Of a DNA stretch of 64,000 nt, positions 53,121 to 64,000 are shown one piece after another. The translations under genes were made by a program, and so were the position numbers. The notes beneath the pieces were generated by a model that was not told the DNA's origin, searched no databases, and saw nothing but the letters and a program-made list of their open reading frames with translations. Where the stretch lies: contig CM052816.1 in assembly GCA_028534125.1 (NCBI GenBank), positions 65,784,001 through 65,848,000 on the forward strand, read 5' to 3'. The stretch comes from Lama glama. Lineage: Eukaryota. The number at the start of each line of letters is the position of its first letter. The first letter of the stretch is position 1.

Positions 53121-53374
53121 CCAACTAATTTTTAATTTAACTTTTTCCCTTTTTTGAAAAATAGTTAATAATAATTCCTAAGAGAAAAGAAAGAGAACAA
53201 CAGAGAGTCTCTTACTGATGAGTGATTTCTGTGAAAACAGCCAACTCACTCTCCCTTGCTTTCTTTTGACCTAGGGAACTGGATGTGTGGGCTTGTACCC
53301 AGATTTTGATTAGGGAGCTCATTCTATGGCCATAGAAAAGCTTTTCTTAGTGGAAAATTCAAACGGTCATCGTT

Positions 53375-53868
53375 GGTATATTAGTTTTAAATGCTTTCAG
53401 CAGTAAATAACAAGAAACCGGAACTAAAAATGGCCCAAACAAATAGGAGTTACTTTTAAGTAAGTGGCCCCTGGAGGCATTTCAGCTGTTGTATGGTATT
53501 ATTACCATTTGCAAGAAGGTCAGCATCCATGCAGTGTTCCTGGCCTTTCCCTCAAGACAGCAACGTGGCTGGTGCAGCTCCAGACATCATATCTGCATTA
53601 CATGCAATCAGGGGCAGAGGGGACGGGAGAGGTCGGGAGGGACAGCTCTAGCTGTATCTACCCAATTACCAGAAACACAAAAGCCTTCCCCAAAGCCTTC
53701 AGAAGACTTCTGCTTGTAACCCAATAGCCAGAACTATGCCATATGGCCATCTCTAATGGGAAAGACATCGGAAAGTTAATGTTTGCTTTCTTGTATCTAT
53801 AACAGATGCAGCAAGGATGAAGGGAGTTGGAAAAGGCTATGAACTAGACTGTTAAGTACTTGGCCACA
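53375..53868 (-). mobile_element. Old MaLR LTR (MLT1J-like)
   Basis: TTAGTTTTAAATGCTTTCAGCAG...GGCTGGTGCAGCTCCAGACATCATATCTGCAT...GCCAGAACTATGCCATATGGCCA...GCCACA. Confidence 0.7.
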
Positions 53869-54186
53869 TTTGGCCTATATTAATGTATTGTTTTCAAAGG
53901 GTTAAGTTAACTTGATAAATTTTCTCAAGGACATGAGGATAGGGAAGAACTAAGATTTGTGCCAAATGCAGAGTAGACCTTGGAAAGAGTAAAGTGGAAG
54001 GGAAAATAAAGCAGGACTAATCTAAAAGTTCCTTGATGTCAGATCTTACGAAACTTTAGGCAAGCCAGTCACTGACAATAGACTTTAAGGTTCTCTAACC
54101 CATAGTGTAGATAACAAGAACATTTCTACTAATTTTCACAAATGTCATCAAAAAGTTGGTAAAAAAAAAAAAGTATGTGTGCTCTC

Positions 54187-54214
54187 TATATATATATGTG
54201 TATGTGTGTGTGTA

Positions 54215-54253
<39 letters not shown>
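54187..54253. repeat. Compound (TA)n(TG)n(TA)n microsatellite
   Basis: Directly visible. Confidence 0.95.
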
Positions 54254-54254
<1 letters not shown>

Positions 54255-55005
54255 AACTATTTAAAGTAAAAAAGAAATTATGTTGCTTGGAGAGAAAAAT
54301 AACCAAAATAATCATTACTGGCACTTAATCATCAAGACATGATTTAGGCATGATTTATGCATGTCTATAAGATGAACAAAAGAATAAATAATAATTGATA
54401 ATTGTTTCAGATATTTTAATCATATTAACCCCTGAAACAACTGATGTCAAGTAGGTTGGCTTTAATCAACTCAGTAAATGATTTATTCAGTACCTTTGAT
54501 GCTAGGACCCTCTGTTAAAGGGGTACCTAGGATTTAGGGAGCCAGGAAGCTGACAGAAAAAGATAAATAATATAAGAGAGAGTCAGGTACATGGGCTATG
54601 GCTTGAGGAACTGGGAACCAAGTTGTTTGGAAGGATGTGTATGTGACTGAGGAAAGGTGATGCTAAAGTAGACTTAACACTTGCTTACAGCTTTGAAGGA
54701 TGATGCCATTCCTAGAAAAATATAAGTGGACGCCACAGAAGTAGGATACAGAAGTCTATGTTTGAGTAACCCAGAGTGATTGTGTTTTATTGGACTCACA
54801 GAAAAGGAAATTTGAAAATGGTAATTTGGATTACAGGGGGTCTTGAAAGACAGAATGAGGAGATTAGCGGACAGTGGGGCTTTGGATTCTGAAGAGAGAG
54901 CCCCTGTTTAAGGAAGTGTCTGTGGTTGTGAAACACAGTTTTTATTCAAGACTATCAAAATAACTCTAGGGAAAAATAATATGGCTTTCTGAGCATGTGC
55001 CATAG

Positions 55006-55551
55006 TGTTCAGGAAAGTAAGGCATGAGAGGATGGTTATCTCCCAGGTCTCAGGAAAGTCCCTGGGATGCACGAATGAGGGTCCTTGGCTTTATACAGGA
55101 AAGAACTCAAGATTGAGCCATAGTAAAGTCAAATGTAGATTTATTTAGGGAGATACACTCTCCACAGACAGAGTGCAGGCCTTCTCAGAAGATGAGAGGC
55201 GGCCCCAGGGTATGTGGTTGTTAGTTTTTATGGGCTGGGTAATTTCATAGGCTAACAAGTGGGAGGATAGTTCCAACTATTTTGGGGAAAGGGTGGGGAT
55301 TTACTGGAGTTGGGCCCCTGCTCACTCTTTGACCGTTTATGGTCAGCCTGGGAACTATTGTGGAGCCTGGAGGAGTGTCATTTAGTGTGCTGACACATTA
55401 CAGTGAGTGTACAGTGAGGTTCAATATCTACTGGAAGTCAAATCTTCCTCCATCTTGGGCTTAGTTGGTCCTAGCCAGTTTATGTTGTATCCTCAATTAC
55501 TGTGTCATTTTTTTTTAGTGGTTGTTCCTTGCCCCCTTCCCTGCTGTCTCA
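55006..55551 (-). mobile_element. ERV1-type solo LTR
   Basis: TG...CA termini, 4-bp TSD ATAG (55002-55005, 55552-55555), minus-strand AATAAA near 55141. Confidence 0.85.
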
Positions 55552-55567
55552 ATAGGAAAAATATGAG

Positions 55568-55949
55568 GGTTATGGACTGAATTGTGTCCTCCCAAAATTT
55601 ATATGTTTAAGTCCTAACTCCAGTACCTCAGAATGTATTTGAAGATAGGGCCTTTAAAGAGGTGACTAAGGTAAAATGAGGTCATACAGATGGTCATACA
55701 TAATCCAATTGGACTGATGCTCCAATGAAAAGAGATAATTAAGATGCAGACAGGCAGAAAAGACCATGTGCAGACAAAAGGAGAAGGTGGCCATCTGCAA
55801 GTCAACGAAAGAGGCCTCCAGAAGAAACCAGTTCTGTCCACACCTTGATCTTGGATATCTAGTCTCCAGAACTGTGGGACAATAAATTTGTATTGTTTAA
55901 GCCCCCTAGTCTGTGGTGTGTGCTGTGGTAGTCCTAGCAAACTAATACA
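55568..55949 (+). mobile_element. MaLR solo LTR (MLT1A/B-like)
   Basis: GTTATGGACTGAATTGTGTCCTCCCAAAATT...AATAAATTTGTATTGTTTAAGCC...AACTAATACA; 5-bp TSD ATGAG. Confidence 0.9.
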
Positions 55950-58849
55950 ATGAGTAAATATTATTTTTGTTAAAAAAAAGTAATGAGAAAATAAACTAAA
56001 TTCATGAAAGTGGAACTAGAAAGATGGTAGTTTCTGGAAACATTGTATAGGTATAACACTGAAATTCACAACTAATGCAATGGGGTGTGGAGATGAAAAG
56101 TCAGCCATGACTTAGTTCTAAAGACTGGGAAATGGAAACGTCTAGAAGGACAGTGGGTTGATGGGGAAAAAATGATGGATATAGTTTTGGCCATGTTCCC
56201 ATAGAGGGGATGCTGGGTCCTCAGGGTAGAGGCATTCATCAAGAAGTCAGAAATGTGTGTGAGACATGAAGGCACTGATGAGATGTCCAAGGAAGCCAGT
56301 GTTGATTATAAACAGAGAAGTAACACAACCTGAACAACCAATGAATGAATTGTGTAGTTCCCTTTAAGTTGCTGAAACTATATGATTAACTATATGGCCA
56401 GTTTAGTCTGTATATGTAATTTCAGTAATAGGCAAAGTTCTTTTTATCTTAAAACCAAATAAGCAAGCTATGAGACTTTATCTTCCTAGTGTCCAATGCT
56501 TAAAATTTCTTTTGAAAAGCTAAACATTTTTTTTTGCTTTTTTGACCTTTTTACACAGAGGTAAGACCAAAAAGGCAAACACTTCATGGAAAGGTAAAAT
56601 GATGAGTTGAATTCATACAAGTATGAATATCTGAGATTAGATCCTTTCCCAAGAACAGATTTTAATTGGCGTTAGTAGAAGGTGGGAGAGTCTTAAAACA
56701 CACTTCCCCTCCTTCTGCAGGAGAGCCTGGTGCAGGAGAAAGTGATGTGAGTGCCACAAAGAACAGGTTGTCTGGGGTCAGTTTGGGGACAGCATCCAAA
56801 GATCTCACAATAGTGAAAGGATCATATTTTCCTGCTCAGGGAAAGTTGGCTTCAATTATACATTTCACTTCTGTGCCACATTTTGCTTAAAAGCTAGCCA
56901 CTGGGAAAATCAAGAAATTTAGAGTCACTTTTCCAAATCAAGAGAGTGCTCCCTGCTTTTAGCTTTTATTCCCTAAATGTCCCTCTGGTCCTCCAGAGTA
57001 ATGCTTGGCTGACGTGCTTGCATGAATTGTTTATATTGTTCGTTAATTAATGTGACGAACATATTAAAAATAGACTCCCAGTTTTCATCTTGAAGACTTA
57101 CACATAATAGCAACAACCTTTAGCAAAGTACTACATTATTCATTTATAGAATGGCTTTGACTCATTTAATAACTGTAATTAATTTGTAGATTACTTTTTG
57201 ACTTTGCACAATTATAATTTAGCATACAGAGGAAAACATTTTTGTTGCTGTCATTTAAAATTGATCAATTTCTCTTAATGTGTTCAAAACCATTTTGTTT
57301 GTAGGTAAATAAAATAGTAGTGTTGTTAAAGTGACCCAAACTTTCCAGATATTCATTTATTTCATAAATATTTTTGAATAACCACTATGTTTTAGTGCTG
57401 TAGGTGTTGGAGGGATGATGTTGAGGAAGTAGACAAGGAGAGTATGCCATGACTTGTTTTATATTCTTTCACATTCTTGTTCAACTCTTGAAGTTTAAGT
57501 ACAAATTGTAGGAGGAAGGACCAAAATCAAAGAACATAAGATGATGAAAAAAATTTTAAACCATCTTGTTTTGTCCTAGAGTGAATACAGATGTGCTCAA
57601 TTTTACATTCAGTACCTCAAGTCTTATCATGGTTGTTAATCCAAATCATGACCTTCAGGTATTATTAATACACTATGCTTAATGACAAAAGATTAACCTG
57701 TGTTTGGTATATTTCATTGTTATATTTAAGGATTTAAATAAGTATTTAGATGAAAAAGAGAAAGTTGATCAGACAATGCGATTTCTGAGAATGGTTTCTT
57801 TCTGAAGGAAGCATTTCAATTAAATTTAACTGGGGCCTTACAAGATGGTATATGTTGATGCTTTTCTCTTGGGGGTAAAGGGGCAGTTTCCTAGCAAACA
57901 ACTCCATAAAAACATTGGCATGGAACTCCCATATCTGCCATATTTGCCTGATCTTGGAGCTGTAAATCAGCACTGCTGATATAGAAGATTGTCCAGTTAG
58001 ATAAGAAACAGCAAGACTTTCCTGTCCAGTAGGTGTAGTCTCATGGAAAATCACCTCTGAATCCAACAAATAGATGCAACTCGACACAGCCTGTGGGAAA
58101 ATCCTAGCGGAAGTCCCAGACTAGTCAGTCTCCTTTTCTGCCTCACACTCTTGGATTTGGTGAAGCATCCAAAATGGCTTTCCTCTCAAGGAAGCTGCAG
58201 TCAATGATCCACTTACTGACAGACAGCAGTTTGTGGAAGGCATGGCGCAGCTGCAGTCCAGGGGCAGCAAGTTCTGCTGAACCCAGGAGATGCCCCTCTG
58301 GCTTCTTCCCAGCTTGAAGTTGGCTCAGATGAAGAGCTCAGGCTTAGAAGCTGCCAGAAAGTATTTGGCAAAGAGCCTACCTTTTTTCTCAAGTACAAGT
58401 ATTCAATTGACTTGATTCCTCAAAGAGATTTGTGAGGGTGAAAGTAAGTTCACTGTTGATGTTTAATAGCCCTGAACTTCTAATGAGGTAATGGATGTGA
58501 AAGTGATTTTTAAAGTCACAGTGCAAATACAGGACCTTCCAGTTGTTATTTCAGCACCTGAAGAAAACGTCAAAATAAAGAGGACCACAAAGTTTACCAA
58601 CATCCCATATGGGCATACTTTGTTTCACTGTTTCAGCCCTCTAAAAAGTATGGGCTCATCTAGATTGTCATTTTGTGAATTACCTCCTGAAGCTGTTTTT
58701 ATTTGTTCTCTCAGAGTGTACTTGTGGTACCTCCAACATATGATGAGCATGTCAGAAATCTCTGCTACTTTTCAAACAATATAAAACAAATGCTAGCCAA
58801 CAATCAGCCTAGAGTTTAAAGCATCATAGAATGAATGCCTGAACAACAG

Positions 58850-59095
58850 CTGCATTAATATAATACCTACTATGTGGTAGCACCATTCTAATATTTTATA
58901 TATATTAAGTACTGTATTCCTCACAATAAGCATATAAGGTCTGCATTATTATCACCCCCATTTCACAGATTTGAAAACCAAAGAATAGAGAGATGAAATG
59001 ATATGTTTCAAATCACTTAGATAGTAAATAGTAGAATCAGAGCACAAATCTACTACTGGTCTGTCTCTAGCATCTGTACAGTTAACTATTGCATC
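58850..59095 (-). mobile_element. MIR
   Basis: CCTACTATGTGG...TCCTCACAATAAG...ATTATTATCACCCCCATTTCACAGAT. Confidence 0.75.
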
Positions 59096-59558
59096 ATATT
59101 CTTTTAAGTATTAGTTTTATGAATATTGTGCTATTTCTAGTAAGAGATATAATATTTTTGTTATATATGTTTCTTCTTTGTCTTCTTCTTTGGATCTAGG
59201 ATCATATGTAATATGACCAGATTTTAGCTCATAAAAGACTTCCATGATGATTATGTATGAAATAGTTTACATTTGTAGAATACTTATATATTGTTAAATA
59301 TTTTTCCTTACCATTATCTTATTTGATCCCCTCACTAATCTTTAGAATACATAGGGCTTTATCCTTATTTTTTCAGATGAAGAAACAGATAAGAAAGATT
59401 AAACAGTTTGTTCAATTTCACATCAAGAGTTTGTAGCAGTTCTAAGACTGTAAATCAAATTCACTAGCCTTTGGTCTTTAGCACTCTTTCCAGTATATCA
59501 GACTGTTTCCTCATTTCTTTCTCTTAGAGTTTGAAAAGAAGTTTAAGAAGCCCAATAA

Positions 59559-59640
59559 GGGAGGAAGGTATAGCTCAAGTGGTAAAGCACATGCCTAGCA
59601 TGCATGGGGCCCTGGGTTCAATCCCAAGTATCTCCTCCAA

Positions 59641-59701
<61 letters not shown>

Positions 59702-59744
59702 CCTAATTACCTCCCCCCCCAAAAAAAAATAAAAAGAAGAAAAG
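59559..59744 (+). mobile_element. tRNA-derived SINE (vic-1-like) with internal (AAT)n
   Basis: tRNA-like head, (AAT)n, ACCTAATTACCTCCCCCCCC, A tail; TSD AAGAAGCCCARTAA at 59545-59558 and 59745-59758. Confidence 0.9.
59641..59696. repeat. (AAT)n microsatellite within a SINE
   Basis: Perfect AAT run; it produces the poly-Ile stretch in the spurious ORF 59531-59758. Confidence 0.97.
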
Positions 59745-60766
59745 AAGAAGCCCAGTAAAATTGGAGAAGCATTTTTTGAGAAACATTTAGAATAATTTTA
59801 GCATGCTCCTCACTAAAGTAGGTGAAAATACATTCCATAAACAATGGACTTGGTTAAGTAAGTGCACACAGCTAGGTTCCGGTTTATTAATTTTCAGTGT
59901 CTCATTTCTCAGCCTGCACAATGTGAACATTTTGACAGGACAAGTCTCAAGTGCTCTCTTGCTTTATGCTACTGCTTTTTTAAGGCAGCTCATTTGTACT
60001 TGTTCATCATCCTCTTTCTTCGCTCAGTCCCAGAAGCTGTGTTGCTAATTATTGACCCAGGCAAGCCTCAACAAGGACTAAGACGGCTAAAACTGGAGTG
60101 CTCTTGACATAGAATCACAATGTATTTTCCATTTTTCAGAAAAAGCATGGCATTTTTAGCTGTAGGGTTCAGAGACCATTATATGGGCACTTGAATTTCT
60201 GCTAAAGAATCACAACTCAGTTTTTTAAAAAAAACTTTTTTTGATATTTTCATTCACAGCCAGTTTTGGGGGGGCAGAGAGAGAGAAGAGAGAGAGAGGT
60301 TTTCTTCTCTTTCTGAATTAACATGTAAGATAGGGAAGAATAATATTCATTAATTCCATATTTATTTCTGGAAGACTTGCCAAGAGTAAAGAATAGTACT
60401 GAATTCAGTGGGAGACTTTTAGATGTCCAGATACCTTACCACAGGATCTAACACATGACAGATGCTCTGGAGATACTAGCTAAACTGAAATGAGCTATCA
60501 TATGAACTTGGAATCTGTTCAGGAAATGATGAAGTCATTGACTATATGAGAATTAGAAAGAAATTTAGGAATCATCCCATGCAGCCCTTTTATTTTAGAG
60601 GTGAAGCAATGGAGATCCAGATAGTTTCTATGAATTTTACAACAACATACATCTATTTAGAAGGAGTAACTTTTTTTTTTCATCATAACATGTTTCAGAG
60701 GTTACACATATGTCAGTATCTATAATGCAGGGCACCAGGTGAGAGGATCTGATGAAGGTTCTAGAA

Positions 60767-61071
60767 CAGTGCTACCCAAAGAAAATATAATACATACCAC
60801 ATATATAATTTAAAAAATTTTAGTAGCCACATTTAAAATGTTTTTAAACTTAATTTTAAGAATATATTTTAATTCAATATATCCCAAATATAATCTCAAC
60901 TTGTAATCAATATAAAAATTGTTAATGGTTATCTTATGTTGTTTTTTTCATACTAAGTCTTCAAAATCCGAGGTGTCTGTTATAGTTTTGACACATCTTG
61001 ATTTGGACTAGCCCAGTTTCAAGTACTTAATAGCTACATGTGGTTTGGGGCTACCTTATTAGACAGTATAG
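60767..61071. mobile_element. hAT-Charlie MITE (MER33-like), opposite orientation to 43914-44234
   Basis: CAGTGCTACCCAA...TTTTAGTAGCCACATTTAAAA...ATTAGACAGTATAG; TSD TTCTAGAA / CTCTAGAA. Confidence 0.85.
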
Positions 61072-62282
61072 CTCTAGAATGACTGGAAGAAAACAGTTAT
61101 ACATTTTTGAATCTGTAGTGCTTTTATTACTGCTTATTTTTAAAGTTTGATTTTGATGTAAAAGCATAAAAATAAAACTTAACCCAAACTGACTCAAGAT
61201 ATAAACACACTGGAATAAACCTACAACAATTAAAGAAACTGAATCAATGCTTACAATTTTAACCCCTCCCAAATTAGTAACTAAACAAACCATCAAAAAT
61301 ATTGTCTCAGATGCCTACATACTTCTCCCCAAATTTCAAGGAAGATATAACTTCTACCTTACACAAATTACATCATTTTACAAGTAACTGTCCAAAAGTA
61401 TACAATCAGTTCCATTTGCAGCACTAGTAGAAACTTTGTTAACCAGTTTTTGTTCTAATTGTGATCAAGTAATACTCTTGTTCCATAATACGCAGCAATG
61501 TCCAGATTCATTTCCTTATCAAAGTGGAGAGTTGTTTCTCATATTGATAAATGGCAAGGAGCCGCTGTTTAATAAACAGCTGTATTCATCCTCCCTGCCA
61601 TATACTTCATATTAAATGCAGATAATGAAGGTAGGAAGAAGCTTCCTATCATAAGAATCTAAGCTCACCAATTATTTTTAGAGATTTATAAACCAAAAAT
61701 GGAGGATATTTCTTTCTTGTCAGTCTCCAAATTTCTGTCTCTAACAAGAAATTCTGCAGAAGCAAAGAGACTACTGCATTGTTCAGTGTTCAAATCCACA
61801 GAAGTGACTATGGGTTTGAATATCACCTTGACCCTTTCTTGGATCTTTTTTGAGCCTAGGTGAATATGTTGGTGGGATTGTCCCCTTTTAAGTTCTTCAG
61901 CTTTTGAAGTAAAACCAGGGCTGGCATGAGAAAGAAAGGGGAAAGCAAGGTGCTGAACAGAAAGAAATTAAATTAGGTCATATTTCTGGAGGCTTCTGAA
62001 TTTGGTACAATATGGTCTCTGTGATCACTTCATACTCAGCTTTTCAAAGGACTGTTACAGGTTCACTTTATTCTCTGGCCTAGGGAATAAATCAGCAGAC
62101 TTCTACAGCCTTTTCCTTAAAAGCTGATTCTGATTCTCTGTGCAGTACCACATTGCTAGTAGTTTTCCTAATCAATCACCATAAGGCCATGCAGCCTTCT
62201 AAGATGTTTTCTTTAAATTCTTAGTTCTTTTATAGTTCCTATGTATGAGCATGAATTCTTATTAATATCAGTACAGTGGCAT

Positions 62283-62458
62283 AATCAACAAGGACCTATT
62301 GTATAGCACAGGGAACCAAATTCAGTATCTTGTAATAGCCTATAATGAAAAAGAATATGAAAAGGAATATATATATATGTGTGTATAACTGAAACACTGT
62401 GCTGTATACCAGAAAGTAACACAATGTTGTAAACCAACTATATTTCAAAGAAAAAGAA
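62283..62458 (+). mobile_element. Short L1 3' end
   Basis: CAACAAGGACCTATTGTATAGCACAGGGAACC...CAACTATATTTCAAAGAAAAA. Confidence 0.85.
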
Positions 62459-62484
62459 ATCAGTGCAGCAAGGAGATAAACGAG

Positions 62485-63078
62485 TGTGTAAGGTAGAATG
62501 CTTGTAGCTGTAACAGAAAGCTTTAACTTGGCTGGCTTAAACTGTAAGCAATCCTGGGTGGGGAGGGGCCGAGGACAGCTCAATTCACTCAGTAACTCAG
62601 TGACGTAATCAAAAGCCTGAGTCTTTTCCATCTTTATTTTTTTGCCTTCCTTGAGTGTCTGTGATTTTTCTGGCTTATTCTGTTATGATCTCAAGATGTC
62701 TGTCACAGTTCTAGCTATCAAAGGCAGAAATCCATGACTAGTGAATAAAGAATGATCTTCTTTTCTTTTTATCTTCTTTAAGAGGGAGAAAAATTCTTCC
62801 CAAACAGACCCCTCCGTGCCCACCCCACCCACCCCCTCATCTGACTTCTCTTTAGCGTCTCATTGGTCAGAATTTCATCACAAGCCAGTGCCTTAATCAA
62901 TCACTACTGCAGAAATGGTACCTTCATAATTAGCTGAGACAATCAGCTTTCCCTCATGGGCCCTGGGGCTGAGGCTCACCTCCTTATGGGTCCATGGCTG
63001 TGTAGATACTTGAATTACATTAAGGATCTAGTCAGAAGATGAAATTGCTCTTGGTTAAGCCACTTATACAGTCAGCTA
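62485..63078 (-). mobile_element. Old MaLR LTR (MLT1-like)
   Basis: AGAATGCTTGTAGCTGTAACAGAAA...CTGGCTTAAAC...TCTCATTGGTCAGAATTTCATCACA. Confidence 0.65.
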
Positions 63079-63084
63079 CGAGTT

Positions 63085-64000
63085 AATCAGAAATTGTGGT
63101 ATATAGGGTAGTAAGTGCTCTAGGGAAGCATGTAAATGCCATAGAAACACACAAGAGCACCTCTCCAGGCCTGCCAGAGCAGCGGGGGAAGGAAAGAGAG
63201 TGGTCTTCTAAAGAAAGTGTTACCTGATCTGAGACATAAAGGAAAAGAGATAACCAAGGAAAGAGTAGTGGTGAGGAGGGTGGAGAGAGGGTATCAGATG
63301 GACAGAATACCACGTGCCAATGACTGGGAATAAGAGAGAACATAATGGGTTTGGGGAGATGCAGAAAATTCAGTTGCATAAAGTAGAGAGCATAATGTGA
63401 ACATTAATCAGAAACAGGCTAGAGAAGTGTCCTGAGATAGATAATAAAAGGTCTAATTAGTCAAATAGAAATTTATACTTCATTCTGCTGCAGTGGGGAG
63501 CCAATGAAAGATTTTAAGAGCAAATGACATTATCAGATATGCACTCAAAACAATCTCTTTGGCTGTTGTGCAAAATTGGTTTGCACCTGGAGGTAGGTAG
63601 AACAGATGAGAATTAATTCCTGTCAACCCATGGGGAAATGATGATGGGGCTGCAGAGAGGTGGGTAGATTTGACTGGTATTTAGGAGCTTTGATGAAATA
63701 GGACTTGGTTAATAGGAGGTGAGAGAAGTAGAGAGCAGTAATCACTCAGATTTCTGGCTTGGGCAACTAGGAAAATGGAGAAGACATTTTATTGAGTTAA
63801 GCTCCAGATTTGGATGGGAAGAAGCTTGATTTAAATTGTAACCAATTGGTTTGAGGGGCCATTCTTTTTGAAATTCAAGAGAAATATTCCTGTTCTTAAA
63901 ACACTTTGAGACACTGAAGGCTGTATTAACCAAAAAGTGATACAGGAGAGTACTAGAGGAATTGTGATTTGTTGCCAAAGGTGATATGCGAAAGAAGAGA
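63085..64000 (-). mobile_element. L2 fragment (runs off the window end)
   Basis: GGGGAGCCAATGAAAGATTTTAAGAGCA...CAGATTTCTGGCTTGGGCAACTAGG antisense L2 pattern. Confidence 0.75.

Noticed and set aside
57290..57310. TAG|GTAAAT recursive-site-like motif
   Set aside because: Very short pyrimidine tract and weak donor.
59531..59758. ORF with a poly-Ile tract
   Set aside because: Translation of a SINE with an (AAT)n microsatellite.
61564..61580. Palindrome GCTGTTTA-A-TAAACAGC (inverted forkhead-like sites)
   Set aside because: 8-bp arms are expected by chance in 64 kb of AT-rich DNA; no supporting context.
1..64000. Other PDE4D exons (4D3 or 4D9 first exons, UCR1) or any second gene among the short ORFs; CRISPR or other prokaryotic systems
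   Set aside because: I found no matching peptides. The remaining ORFs are short, repeat-derived or lack splice structure, and the DNA is mammalian intron.

Overview
Mammalian, AT-rich, repeat-dense intronic DNA, most likely from a camelid (alpaca or camel), judged by six tRNA-Ala-like vic-1-type SINEs and no recognisable ruminant or pig SINEs. The window lies inside the very large PDE4D gene on the + strand. The only protein-coding sequence I can support is the isoform-specific first coding exon of PDE4D8 (27367-27455, MAFVWDPRGATVPGPSARVKSRLRFSKSY[S], donor CAG|GTATCG). The rest is intron with L1, L2, MIR, LTR and hAT-type repeats, microsatellites and a 500-N gap with duplicated flanks. The most notable signal is a textbook recursive-splicing motif at 6588|6589: branch point, polypyrimidine tract, CAG|GTAAGT, then a 35-nt RS-exon that would place an immediate stop codon in the PDE4D reading frame. 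A weaker site of similar architecture lies near 56560. Repeat family names come from pattern recognition, not database searches, and boundaries without target-site duplications (TSDs) are approximate.
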